A DNA stretch of 64,000 nucleotides from Parcubacteria group bacterium (GTDB lineage Bacteria; Patescibacteriota; Minisyncoccia; Moranbacterales; UBA9337), in NCBI GenBank assembly GCA_041662245.1, contig JBAZSW010000004.1:75454-139453 (forward strand), read 5' to 3'. The notes beneath the pieces are model-generated. The model was given only the letters and a program-made list of their open reading frames with translations, was not told the origin of the DNA and ran no database searches. Position 1 is the first letter of the stretch. Every line of letters starts with the position of its first letter. The position numbers and the translations under genes were made by a program. Of this stretch, positions 1-9,766 are shown in pieces.

Positions 1-821
1 CTCTCCAAATCACGCGACCGAGTGTTATCAAATCCTCGCATTCTTTGAGTTTGAGGCGAGCCACTGGCAACAAATCCCAATATTATAGATAGCCCCACCA
101 CTCCAATTACCGCCCAACCAAATATTACAAAAACTTTTCTATCAATATCTTTTTTGTATTGGACTTTCTTTCTTTCTAAAAAGTAAAACCCAAAAACTCC
201 ACCTGCAATCATAAATATTGTTAGAGCTTTCAAGAAAAATCTAACAGTAATTTCTCCTTGTAACATACTAAAAATAACGACTATTAAATCTACTACAATA
301 GTGATAGCGGTTATTAATAAAACTAAATAAGTAATCCATTTTGTTAGACGTGATTCTATTTTTCCCTCATCCTCTCTAAATCTACGAAACCAAAAACGCA
401 TTGCCAAATAATATAAAGGGAAACTAATAATTAAAGAGGCAATAGCATAGTGAATTGTTTCCGATGCCGAACTGGAACTGTAATAGTTATTGTTTAAATT
501 GTCTTGAAAAAAGTGATTAATTATTCCATAAAGTAACATCCCTAATGAAGTAGCGAATATTCCCAAAAGAATAAAAGAAAAAAAGTTTATTACAATCTCC
601 ACAGTAGTAGACTTTTTACTAAAAACTTCTTGCGCATTTCGTGCTGGCACCGGCACTCCACATCTAGCCAATCCCAACGCGTAGGCACCATCCACTTCTT
701 CATCTGACCATCCCACTGCATGCAATTGTTTCTTTATTTCATCTTGATTAACTCCTTCTTGAATTTTACCCACTGCATAATCAATTAATTTTTGACTTTC
801 ATTTGTTATTTTATTTTCCAT
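1..821 (-). CDS. DUF5671-like polytopic membrane protein (partial, 3' end cut by window edge)
   Basis: ATG at 819-821 on minus strand; my translation begins MENKITNESQKLIDYAVGKIQEG followed by several predicted TM helices; not in ORF track because it has no stop in the window. Confidence 0.5.
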   Translation of the reverse strand, partial: MENKITNESQKLIDYAVGKIQEGVNQDEIKKQLHAVGWSDEEVDGAYALGLARCGVPVPARNAQEVFSKKSTTVEIVINFFSFILLGIFATSLGMLLYGIINHFFQDNLNNNYYSSSSASETIHYAIASLIISFPLYYLAMRFWFRRFREDEGKIESRLTKWITYLVLLITAITIVVDLIVVIFSMLQGEITVRFFLKALTIFMIAGGVFGFYFLERKKVQYKKDIDRKVFVIFGWAVIGVVGLSIILGFVASGSPQTQRMRGFDNTRSRDLE

Positions 822-906
822 AATATTTTATTTCTCTTTTATCTAATTATCTATTATAATAATAACATAAAAAATAATTTAGCAATATCTTTAAAAAAAA
901 TAAACT

Positions 907-2964
907 ATGCAAAAAATATTAAATAAATGCTGTATTGACGGACTAAGTTTTAAATCTAAACTTATTTTAACAATAGAATCTCTCGTTATTATTGTGACTT
1001 TAGTTTGCGGAGTTTTGGTTTATAATAATACCCATACTTTAGTTCGTGAAATACTAAGAAATAAACTCATGGCGATAGCTTCCACTACCGCCTCTATTAT
1101 AAATAGCAATCAGGTTGAATCCATAGAAAGATCCTTGGACGAAAATCAAGAAGATACTCGATTGAACCTAAAGGAAATGTTATTAAAGACCTCCTCTAGC
1201 GATATTGATATTGATTCCATTTATATAATGACGAAATCGGACAATGAAAATGTTTTGAAATTTATTGCCGATTCCACTGTGACAGAAGATGCCGATAAAA
1301 ATGGAACAATAGAAGATGATGAAAAAGAGGCTACTTTAGGAGAAGAATATGACATATCACCATTCCCTGAGATGAAAAATGCTTTTAATGGAAAAACGGC
1401 TGATTATCAAACTTCCTGCGATAAATGGGGTTGCTGGCTAAGCGGTTATGCTCCCATCTTAAATACCGATGGCGAAGCTATCGCCATAGTAGGAGTAGAC
1501 ATTTCAGCTGATCAAATCGCGACTTATGAAAAAAAATTAAAAATATCACTGCTTTCAATCCTTGGAATAATAATTACTTTCTTTCCTATTTTCTTATTTT
1601 TTCATTTAAAACATTTGTTAGAACCAATTTCAGAAGTTTATAAATCTATTGAAAAGTTCAGTGGAGACCTATCTACTAGAATGAACATTAGCGACAGGAA
1701 AGATGAGTTTGGTTTGATTTCACGCAATTTTAACAGAATGGCAGATGAGCTAACTGATCTAGTTAAAAATATGGAAGACAAAGTAGAAGAAAGAACCGAA
1801 GAAATAGCCAATCAAAAAAAACACATCGAAGCCGAAAAAAACAAAACTGAATCTATTTTAAAAAGTATCGGGGATGGAGTTTTCGTAGTAGATAAAAATC
1901 TATGCATAGCTATGTTTAACAAAGTTTCCGAAAATATAACTGGTTTTAGCGCCAACGAAGCTTTAGGCAAAAAATATTCCGAAGTCTTTAATCTTATCGA
2001 TGAAATTGACGAAACTAAGAAAAATGACGATTTTATAAAAAATGCAATTGGCACTGGCGAAACTCAAAAAATGCCCAGTCGCACTATTTTAATAAACAAA
2101 TATGGGCACAAGATTCCTGTTTCAGATTCCGCTGCCCCATTAAAAGACGAGGATGGGAAGGTTATTGGTTGCGTGGTTGTCTTTAGAGATATTACTCACG
2201 AATATGAAATTGATAAAGCCAAAACAGAGTTTGTCTCCCTAGCGTCTCATCAACTACGTACACCTCTTTCCTCTATTAACTGGTACGCCGAAATGCTTTT
2301 AGGAGGAGATGCGGGAAAAATAAATGCGGAACAAAAAAGTTATTTAAAAGAAATTTATTATGGAAATCAAAGAATGATTCATTTAGTTAACTCCTTGCTT
2401 AACGTATCTCGTCTAGAAATGGGGACTTTTTTAGTAGAACCTCAAGAAACTAACATTTTAGAAATGGCCGATGATGTAATCAAAGAGCTACTTCCCCGCT
2501 CCACAGAAAAAAATATAAAAATAAAAAGTAACTATGCTAAGAATATTCCAGAAATAAAAGTAGATCCCAAATTAATGAGAATTATTTTCCAAAATTTACT
2601 TTCTAATTCCCTTAAATATACTCCTGCCAAAGGAAAAATTGAATTAAAAATAAGTAAAGATGAACGTAATATAAATATTGAAATAACTGATAACGGGATG
2701 GGCATTCCAGAAAGTCAAAAAAATAATATCTTTTCTAAATTTTTTAGAGCCGATAATGTTCGTCAAACAGAAACAGAAGGCACGGGATTGGGATTATATT
2801 TAGTTAAGTCCATCATAGACCACTCTGAAGGAAAAATAGTATTTAAGTCTATTGAAGGCAAAGGTACTACGTTTTTTATATCCATTCCTTTAACTGGCAT
2901 GAAGGCCAAAAAGGGAACGAAAGAAATTACTGAAGTAAATAGAAAAATCGGCGGGATAGCGTAG
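907..2964 (+). CDS. sensor histidine kinase (N-terminal TM, periplasmic sensor region, HAMP, PAS, HisKA, HATPase_c)
   Basis: H-box HQLRTPLSSI; G boxes ITDNGMGIPE and GTGLGLYLVKS; HAMP-like segment after second TM. Confidence 0.9.
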   Translation: MQKILNKCCIDGLSFKSKLILTIESLVIIVTLVCGVLVYNNTHTLVREILRNKLMAIASTTASIINSNQVESIERSLDENQEDTRLNLKEMLLKTSSSDIDIDSIYIMTKSDNENVLKFIADSTVTEDADKNGTIEDDEKEATLGEEYDISPFPEMKNAFNGKTADYQTSCDKWGCWLSGYAPILNTDGEAIAIVGVDISADQIATYEKKLKISLLSILGIIITFFPIFLFFHLKHLLEPISEVYKSIEKFSGDLSTRMNISDRKDEFGLISRNFNRMADELTDLVKNMEDKVEERTEEIANQKKHIEAEKNKTESILKSIGDGVFVVDKNLCIAMFNKVSENITGFSANEALGKKYSEVFNLIDEIDETKKNDDFIKNAIGTGETQKMPSRTILINKYGHKIPVSDSAAPLKDEDGKVIGCVVVFRDITHEYEIDKAKTEFVSLASHQLRTPLSSINWYAEMLLGGDAGKINAEQKSYLKEIYYGNQRMIHLVNSLLNVSRLEMGTFLVEPQETNILEMADDVIKELLPRSTEKNIKIKSNYAKNIPEIKVDPKLMRIIFQNLLSNSLKYTPAKGKIELKISKDERNINIEITDNGMGIPESQKNNIFSKFFRADNVRQTETEGTGLGLYLVKSIIDHSEGKIVFKSIEGKGTTFFISIPLTGMKAKKGTKEITEVNRKIGGIA

Positions 2965-3037
2965 GAAAAATTAATTTCTATTTTTTAGTTTTAAATTTTA
3001 AATCAAATTTCTATTTTTCAATATTTAGAAAATAAAA

Positions 3038-3068
3038 AACATCTCCAGTTGCGAGATGTTTTTTATTT
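3038..3068 (+). terminator. rho-independent terminator after histidine kinase
   Basis: stem AACATCTC / GAGATGTT with 7-nt loop followed by TTTTTATTT. Confidence 0.6.
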
Positions 3069-3167
3069 AAGAAAATTATCCCCACAGTGTTTCGTTTTTT
3101 GATTTCAATTTATTAATTTTCTAGAGTTTATTAAGTCTAATATTTTTGCATAAATTTTTAAAATTAA

Positions 3168-3545
3168 TCAAACGCCTATTAGTTTTTTAACTCTATTTAC
3201 AATATCTCTCATTCCCCACTCGGCTTTTATTAAATAATCATTGCAACCTAATTCTTTGGCTTCCATGAATTTATCCATATCACCATAATTGGTGAGAATC
3301 ATTACTCTCAATTTTTTACCTTTTTCATCATTCTTCAATGATTTAAGCATCTCCAAGCCATCCATTACAGGCATAGCGATGTCTAGCAAAATCATATCAG
3401 GCAATTCTTTAAGCGCCAAATGCAACCCAATTTCACCATTGGGGGCAATTGTTACGTCAAAACCCTCTCTCTCAAATTTATCTTTCGAAGCATTAGCTAA
3501 CGGAGCCTCGTCTTCCACAACTAATATTTTTTGTTTTGGTTTCAT
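3168..3545 (-). CDS. stand-alone response regulator receiver domain protein (CheY-like)
   Basis: ILVVEDE, DMILLDIAMPVMDGLEML, conserved K near the C-terminus; 125 aa with no output domain. Confidence 0.85.
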   Translation of the reverse strand: MKPKQKILVVEDEAPLANASKDKFEREGFDVTIAPNGEIGLHLALKELPDMILLDIAMPVMDGLEMLKSLKNDEKGKKLRVMILTNYGDMDKFMEAKELGCNDYLIKAEWGMRDIVNRVKKLIGV

Positions 3546-3620
3546 TTTTTTCTAATCTAAATTATTAAAGTGCAACAATTCGCATCATTTAATTTGGAAT
3601 TAAATCATTTTTGAATTTTA

Positions 3621-3992
3621 TTATATTAAACTTTTTACTTTTTCAACAATATCAGCCATTCCCCAATCAGCTTTAACCAAATAATCATTAGCTCCTAAGT
3701 CTTTAGCCTCCATAAATTTATCCATATCACCGTAATTAGTCAAAATTATTACTTTTAAATCTTTGCCTTTTTCATCTTCCTTTAACAACTTCAGCATTTG
3801 CAAACCATCCATTACAGGCATAGCAATATCTAGCAAAATCATATCGGGCAATTCTCTCAAGGATGACTCTAATCCAACTTGTCCATTTTCAGCGATTAAC
3901 ACTTCAAAGCCTTCCTTCTCAAATTTACTCTTCAAAGCTTTAGCCAATGAAATCTCGTCTTCCACAACTAATATTTTTTTCTTTTGTTTCAT
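3621..3992 (-). CDS. stand-alone response regulator receiver domain protein, tandem paralog of 3168..3545
   Basis: about 70% identical to the neighbouring receiver; same acidic pocket and DIAMPVMDG motif. Confidence 0.85.
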   Translation of the reverse strand: MKQKKKILVVEDEISLAKALKSKFEKEGFEVLIAENGQVGLESSLRELPDMILLDIAMPVMDGLQMLKLLKEDEKGKDLKVIILTNYGDMDKFMEAKDLGANDYLVKADWGMADIVEKVKSLI

Positions 3993-4006
3993 ATTTTTTA
4001 ATGAGA

Positions 4007-6346
4007 TTAATTATTTTCGCTTCCTTCTTGCTCTAATTTTATTGATAATAATCTTGATACCCCATCGTCTCCCATTGTTGCTCCATAAAGATAAGAGGCT
4101 TGACGCATAGTTTCTCGATTGTGCGTAATTGCCACAAATTGAGTGCGAGATGATAAACTTTTTAAAATTTTACTAAACCTTCGAGAATTAGCCTCATCCA
4201 AAGCCGCTTCCACTTCATCTAACATAGAAAAAGGCGGCGGATTATAAGAAATAATTGCAAAAAGCAAGGCTAATGAAGTAAGTGAACGTTCTCCGCCTGA
4301 AAGCATAGACAAATTGGAAATTTTCTTTCCAGGGGGACAAGCCACAATATCTACGCCTACTTCATCTTTATTATCATCTTCCAATTCTTCAATTTCTGCT
4401 TCTATCTTGTCTTCTTTCTCTACATCTAAACCATCTCCCTCTATCTGCTTGGTTCTCACTATTTTTTTCTTTTTTATTTTTACCAAACTAGCTTTTCCGC
4501 CACCAAAAATTATTTTAAAGTATTTAGAAAATTCGTCATTAATTTTTCCGAAAGCCTCAGCGAAAACCACATCGATTTTCTTATCCATTTCTTTAGCTAT
4601 TTCTAAAAGGGAAACAATTGCATTTTCTAAATCTTTGGATTCTTGTTGCAACGTTTCATAACGTTTGTTAGTTTCTTCATATTCTTCGATAATCAATGGA
4701 TCAATTCCACCTATTTGTTCCATCTGAACTCTCAATCGAGAAATTTTTTGTTCCGTATCATAGCGATCAATCTTTTCTCCATCAAATTTAATTTCACGAA
4801 TATCCACATTTAGATTATTCTTTGCTTCCATTATTAAATCTTCTTCTCGCACTTCAATTCTTGCTAGGGAAACTTTAGCATCATTAAATTTATCCTTAGC
4901 CGTATCTATCTTTCTTTGACTTTCTCTTAATTTTTCTTCCGCCGTAAAAAATTCCTCGCGAGCCTTAACGTCTTTTTCTACTTCTTTTCGGATTTCTGTA
5001 TTTATTTGAACAATTTTTTCTCTAGCAATTTGAATTTCTTTTCTAAGCTTTCCGATATAATCATCCATTTGAGCTAATTCTTTGTTGCCTTTTTTCTCGG
5101 CTTCAATTTGTTCATGAGTTTTTTTCCCTTCCACTTTTCCTTTATCAATATCCCCTCGGAGAATTATAATATTTTTTTCAATTTTCAAAATAAACTCTTT
5201 AACTTCCGCCAATTCTTCTAGCGTCTTAATTTTTCCAATTCTTTCACTTAGTTCTCTTTGAAAGTTATGGATATTCTCCAATTCTTCTTGAATATACTTT
5301 TTATCTACCAATATCTCTTGAATAATTCCATGCTGTCTTATTCTATCTTTTAAAATTTCCATCTTTCCCTCAGTCATCATTAGTTCTTTTTCAGAAATAT
5401 TTATTACTTTATAAATTTTATCTCTCTCAAATTTCAGTTCGTCCTGTCTTTTATTTTGTCTCATTTTTTGAGATTCACTCTCCACAAAATCATTAAGTTT
5501 ATCAACCTCTCGTTGAATCAATTGCACTTCTCTTCCCAGCTCTTCTTTTTGTCGAAAGGATTGCTCCCGCTCCGTCTGAAAAGAGTGCCACAAAAAAGCG
5601 AAATATTTTTCTTGAATTTCTCTAAGCTTACCCTTTATTTCAGCTCCTTTCTGAGCTTTATCAGCTTGTCTTTTTAAAATTTTTAAATGCGGCTCAATCT
5701 CCCCCAAAAGAGCGCTTACTTGCAAAAGGTTTTTGCTGGTGGCATCTAATTTTTTTAAAGCTCTTTCCTTCTTGATTTGATATTGTTTTACTCCCGCCGC
5801 ATCTTCTAAGATAGCTCTTCTTTCACTCACAGAAGCATTGAGCACAGCATCGCTCATTCCTTGATTGACTACACTATAACTATCCTTTCCCACTCCTGCT
5901 TTAGCTAGGATATCTGTTATATCAGTCAATCTCACTTTAGAACCATTAATTAAATATTCACTCTCTCCGCTTCTATAAATTTTTCTACGAATAATTACTT
6001 CGGTAAAATCTAGGGGAATTTTTTTGTCTGAATTATCTAAATGCAGAGATACGGAAGCATAATTTAATTTTCCTTTGTTACCACTTCCGGCGAAAATAAC
6101 ATCTTCTGATTTTTTCCCTCGCAAATTTTTCATAGATTGTTCGCCCATTACCCAGCGAATTGCATCTGCGATATTTGATTTTCCACTCCCATTGGGTCCC
6201 ACGATAGCAGTAATTCCCATTTTCCTTTTTTCGCCACTACCAACACTACCCCTAGCTTCATCAACTGAATCTGAAGGCATAAAATCTATAACTGTCTTAT
6301 TGGCAAAAGATTTAAAACCGGCTATTTCTAATTTTTTTAAATACAT
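4007..6346 (-). CDS. smc: SMC-family chromosome condensation ATPase, unusually short (779 aa), no recognisable hinge
   Basis: N-terminal FKSFA..ITAIVGPNGSGKSNIADAIRWVMGEQS; C-terminal LSGGERSLTSLALLFAI and D-loop LDEVEAALDE; coiled-coil middle. Confidence 0.8.
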   Translation of the reverse strand: MYLKKLEIAGFKSFANKTVIDFMPSDSVDEARGSVGSGEKRKMGITAIVGPNGSGKSNIADAIRWVMGEQSMKNLRGKKSEDVIFAGSGNKGKLNYASVSLHLDNSDKKIPLDFTEVIIRRKIYRSGESEYLINGSKVRLTDITDILAKAGVGKDSYSVVNQGMSDAVLNASVSERRAILEDAAGVKQYQIKKERALKKLDATSKNLLQVSALLGEIEPHLKILKRQADKAQKGAEIKGKLREIQEKYFAFLWHSFQTEREQSFRQKEELGREVQLIQREVDKLNDFVESESQKMRQNKRQDELKFERDKIYKVINISEKELMMTEGKMEILKDRIRQHGIIQEILVDKKYIQEELENIHNFQRELSERIGKIKTLEELAEVKEFILKIEKNIIILRGDIDKGKVEGKKTHEQIEAEKKGNKELAQMDDYIGKLRKEIQIAREKIVQINTEIRKEVEKDVKAREEFFTAEEKLRESQRKIDTAKDKFNDAKVSLARIEVREEDLIMEAKNNLNVDIREIKFDGEKIDRYDTEQKISRLRVQMEQIGGIDPLIIEEYEETNKRYETLQQESKDLENAIVSLLEIAKEMDKKIDVVFAEAFGKINDEFSKYFKIIFGGGKASLVKIKKKKIVRTKQIEGDGLDVEKEDKIEAEIEELEDDNKDEVGVDIVACPPGKKISNLSMLSGGERSLTSLALLFAIISYNPPPFSMLDEVEAALDEANSRRFSKILKSLSSRTQFVAITHNRETMRQASYLYGATMGDDGVSRLLSIKLEQEGSENN

Positions 6347-6624
6347 AAATATTCATTAAGCATAAAACATACAACAACTAGCATAAAGCAAAATGCCTCA
6401 TGTCCCACCCATCATTTCATATACCCGATTATACTATAAATCTATAATTTTAGGAAATACCCTTAAAAAGGGATAACCCTTAAAACTATTTATCCTTTTC
6501 TTTAAAATCATTCATCAAATCAATCCTCAATATGTAGCTTAATAGTTGTTATTTTAAACCGCTTAATTATTTGTTTTATAGAAATTTAATTTAAGCGATT
6601 AAAGGCGAAAAATAATGAATTTCA

Positions 6625-6670
6625 TTAAAAAAATAGTAAACCCCACTCATAACAACTATTATGGTGGGGC
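6625..6670 (-). terminator. rho-independent terminator downstream of 6684..7187
   Basis: CCCCAC...GTGGGG stem and loop; on the minus strand it is followed by TTTACTATTTTTTT. Confidence 0.6.
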
Positions 6671-6683
6671 GTCAGATTAAATT

Positions 6684-7187
6684 TCATTTCGGAATCAGCT
6701 TCGTATGAAGCTCTGCTAAATCTTCCAAAAATTCTCCAGCAATTTTTATTGATTGTTTGTCGTTTTGAAAAATTATAATCTTGCTAAGAACTTCCAATAT
6801 CTCGCTACTGGTCAAGTTCAGTCTTTCTAAATTTGCGTGGAAAATCAATGCCTTCAAGTTAGCTTCAATTTCAAATCCATTGTACTCAACGCCAGCGTCT
6901 CTAAACTTGACAATGCACAAACGAATATCGTTTCCAGCTTTATCAAGTTCCTTCCAAAGTTCCCTGTTCTCCTGTTTGGACTTACCGATTGCCGACACTA
7001 TCTGCGTACGTATTTCAAACAATTTTGTGAAGATATTTTCTTGTAAATTTTTTATTATTTTTTTTCTTCGCTCATCTCCTTTTTTTGTCATATGGGAAAC
7101 TATAAGTATAATCCCAAAAGCTACAATAATAATAGATAAATAAGCCACAAAAGCTATTATATTGAAATAACTCATATCTTCCTCCAT
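6684..7187 (-). CDS. hypothetical membrane-anchored protein
   Basis: N-terminal hydrophobic helix; no recognisable domain. Confidence 0.4.
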   Translation of the reverse strand: MEEDMSYFNIIAFVAYLSIIIVAFGIILIVSHMTKKGDERRKKIIKNLQENIFTKLFEIRTQIVSAIGKSKQENRELWKELDKAGNDIRLCIVKFRDAGVEYNGFEIEANLKALIFHANLERLNLTSSEILEVLSKIIIFQNDKQSIKIAGEFLEDLAELHTKLIPK

Positions 7188-7368
7188 CTGAGAATATTAA
7201 GAACTAAATATCTTTTTCTGTATTATATAGAACAATAATCTAGGAAATAGTCTTTGTCAATCAAAAAAGCATATACTGAAATATGCTTTTTTGAAAAAAT
7301 TCTATTTTAAATCTAAAATATTGAAAAATTGAGTATTGATTAAATATCGGTTATTGGATATTTTTAAC

Positions 7369-8058
7369 CTATAGCCATTCCTTTATTTTCAATCCTTCTT
7401 GTGCAGCTTCTCGCTGAGCTTCTTGCTTGCTGGCGCCATTGCCCTGAGCAACCAGCTCATCCCCAATATAAACCCCTACCGTAAAGTTTTTATCATGATC
7501 AGGTCCTTCTTCTTTAATTATTCGGTAAGAAGGAGTCAATTTAAAATGTTCTTGAGATTTTTCTTGAAAATAACTTTTAGGATCTAAATATAACTTATTA
7601 GCAATCACATCATCAATCTTGGTAATCACATTATCTAAGATAAATTTTTCTGCTACATTATATCCTTGATCAAGATAAATCGCCCCGATAATTGCCTCAA
7701 AAGCATTTGCTAAGAGATATTGTCTAGCTCGTCCCTTATCGCTTGATTCCCCCTTGCTCATCAATACATATTCATCTACTCCCAAATCAGCTGAAATCTT
7801 GGCAAGCATTTCCCCATTGACTAGGGCTGCTCTCCAGCTAGTCATTTCCCCTTCTTGATTATTACTGTAATTTTTAAATAGATAATCAGTTACTACCAAT
7901 TCCAAAACTGCATCACCTAAAAATTCCAGTCTTTCATTGTGATTCAATTTATATTTTTTATTTTCATTCAAATAAGAACGATGAGTCAGGGCCTCCTGAA
8001 TTAAATCAGGATTATTGAATTTTATTCCGATTTTATCGGCAAAACTGTTTTTTGTCAT
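7369..8058 (-). CDS. rnc: ribonuclease III
   Basis: RNase III signature ERLEFLGDAVLELVVTDYLF; C-terminal dsRBD. Confidence 0.92.
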   Translation of the reverse strand: MTKNSFADKIGIKFNNPDLIQEALTHRSYLNENKKYKLNHNERLEFLGDAVLELVVTDYLFKNYSNNQEGEMTSWRAALVNGEMLAKISADLGVDEYVLMSKGESSDKGRARQYLLANAFEAIIGAIYLDQGYNVAEKFILDNVITKIDDVIANKLYLDPKSYFQEKSQEHFKLTPSYRIIKEEGPDHDKNFTVGVYIGDELVAQGNGASKQEAQREAAQEGLKIKEWL

Positions 8059-8151
8059 TTCAATTTAAGAATTTCTAGTTAGAAATTTTTAAAAAAATCG
8101 CCAACAAGGACGAATAATTAAAAACTTTTAATTAGAAATTATTCTAAAAAA

Positions 8152-8667
8152 TTAATTGTTTTCTTCGATAATTTTCTTGTCATTCTCCAATTTCCTAGCC
8201 TTTTCCTCTTTGGCCTCTTTTTTCTTCTTATCATCATCCTTGAGTGGCTCACCCATCTCTCGATAAATTGTCCCCAGCACTCCATTTATAAATTTAGCTG
8301 AGTTGGGTCCACCAAAGGTTTTAGCTAGCTCAATCGCTTCGTTAATTGCTACTTTAGGGGGAACATTTTCATAATTTCCATAAAGGAGTTCAAATATTCC
8401 AATTCTCAAAATATTTCTATCTACAATAGTAATTTGGCTAAGTGGCCATTCTGGAGCACACTGCTCAATAAGCTCATCAATATCTCCCTGATTTTTCAAA
8501 GTTCCTTCAACCAAAGCCAAAACAAGATCCGTTTCTTCTATACCAATTGCCAATTCTTTAATATTTTTATCAACAATATTCAAGACATCGTCTTTATTTG
8601 AACCATTAAAATCCCACTCAAATAAAGATTGCATCGCTATTGATCTCTGAAGGTGCCTATTTGCCAT
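8152..8667 (-). CDS. nusB: transcription antitermination factor NusB with lysine-rich C-terminal tail
   Basis: NusB-like helical fold pattern ([17 protein letters not shown] ... [11 protein letters not shown]); C-terminal [10 protein letters not shown] tail. Confidence 0.85.
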   Translation of the reverse strand: MANRHLQRSIAMQSLFEWDFNGSNKDDVLNIVDKNIKELAIGIEETDLVLALVEGTLKNQGDIDELIEQCAPEWPLSQITIVDRNILRIGIFELLYGNYENVPPKVAINEAIELAKTFGGPNSAKFINGVLGTIYREMGEPLKDDDKKKKEAKEEKARKLENDKKIIEENN

Positions 8668-8711
8668 TTTTATTAATTAATCAAAGAGTCCTAAGCTCCT
8701 GAGAAACTTAA

Positions 8712-8927
8712 TTATTTTTTATTTTTAGACTTTTTTTCGGATATTTTTACAACCTCTCTCCCTTTATAAAAACCACACTTTGGACAAGCTCGATGAGGAA
8801 GAATTTTTTCTTCACAGTTACTACATTTAGTAGATTGGACTTTAACAATGTTTTTTATCTTAATAACTTGACCGGCGCGTCTTCTTCCTTTTCTGGCGGT
8901 ATTATGTCGTTGTTTTGGTACTGGCAT
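8712..8927 (-). CDS. rpmF: 50S ribosomal protein L32
   Basis: MPVPKQRHNTARKGRRRAG and zinc ribbon CSNC...CPKCG. Confidence 0.85.
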   Translation of the reverse strand: MPVPKQRHNTARKGRRRAGQVIKIKNIVKVQSTKCSNCEEKILPHRACPKCGFYKGREVVKISEKKSKNKK

Positions 8928-9019
8928 ATATTTGAATAACTATATTTCTATCGCTATTTGGATTAAACTTTTACTGTTTAAATTTATCATTACTTTCTAA
9001 TTTTGGCAAGAGCTGAAAT

Positions 9020-9068
9020 TAATTTTAAATTTTGAATTTTAAATTTCAAATGAATGATTAAATTAATT
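9020..9068 (-). repeat. dispersed AT-rich repeat copy (minus orientation), left flank of the 9146..9595 cassette
   Basis: reverse complement reads TTTAGTCATT...AATCATTCATTTGAAATTTAAAATTCAAAATTTAAAA; matches the copy at 9721-9765. Confidence 0.6.
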
Positions 9069-9145
9069 AATGACTAAAACACAAACACAATAAATGAAAG
9101 ACAGAAACTAAAAAATAGTCCTGCCCCAAATACCGCTCCACATGT

Positions 9146-9595
9146 TTATCGCCAATTTCCGTATTGAATGCAATAACTCTTGGCCACAGGATTAACTTCT
9201 TGATGGATTTGCATCGAAATTGGATCACTCATAGTTATGCTATAAGCTGGTTGAACCGCTTTATTATAGTCACCAACAGCCCTTTGAAGGTCTAGACATG
9301 CGTCTCTCAATGTAACCGTTACAATCCCCGTTTCTCTAGAATTTTCTCCTTTACGAACTGTCCAGCTTCTGATTTCCGATATCTCGTTTCCAAGTTTAAT
9401 TACAAATTGAGTTTCTCTTTCTACTCTATCTGTCAAATGGCTAAATTCATTTAAACTTTGGTTTGCGCTCCAAGAAGAATATTCTTCACGAGCATACATA
9501 AAAACAAAAGAAAAAATCAGAAACACAATAGGAGTTAAAAGAGCTGAAACTGCCATATTTCCGAATACATCTCGATATCGATATTGCATTGTCAT
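9146..9595 (-). CDS. hypothetical membrane-anchored protein, GC-elevated, flanked by inverted repeat copies
   Basis: one N-terminal TM; no recognisable domain; GC visibly higher than neighbours. Confidence 0.45.
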   Translation of the reverse strand: MTMQYRYRDVFGNMAVSALLTPIVFLIFSFVFMYAREEYSSWSANQSLNEFSHLTDRVERETQFVIKLGNEISEIRSWTVRKGENSRETGIVTVTLRDACLDLQRAVGDYNKAVQPAYSITMSDPISMQIHQEVNPVAKSYCIQYGNWR

Positions 9596-9720
9596 AATAT
9601 CTCACCTCACGATTTTTGGTTTATAAGAAAGAGCTTTTAAATAATAACAATCATTCAATTAGGACCAACCTAACATTTTAAAATATTTTTGTAAAGATAT
9701 TCATGCTTTAAAAATTATAT

Positions 9721-9765
9721 CATTTAGTCATTCATTTGAAATTCCAAATTTTAAATTTGAAATTC
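9721..9765 (+). repeat. dispersed AT-rich repeat copy (plus orientation), right flank of the cassette; abuts the rnhB stop
   Basis: CATTTAGTCATTCATTTGAAATTCCAAATTTTAAATTTGAAATTC. Confidence 0.6.
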
Positions 9766-9766
9766 T

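Noticed and set aside
1812-2054. Antisense and shadow ORFs from the six-frame track (for example 1812..2054, 3289..3555, 4314..4661, 12955..13257, 21350..21565, 37731..38114 and many others of 60-140 aa)
   Set aside because: Each lies entirely inside, and opposite to or out of frame with, a long ORF carrying clear family motifs. Low-complexity translations are typical of AT-rich shadow frames.
6225-6290. 19-aa insertion near the SMC Walker A considered as another palindromic element
   Set aside because: The DNA (GGTAGTGTTGGTAGTGG) is a short direct repeat, not a palindrome, and not strikingly GC-rich. It is more likely a lineage-specific loop.
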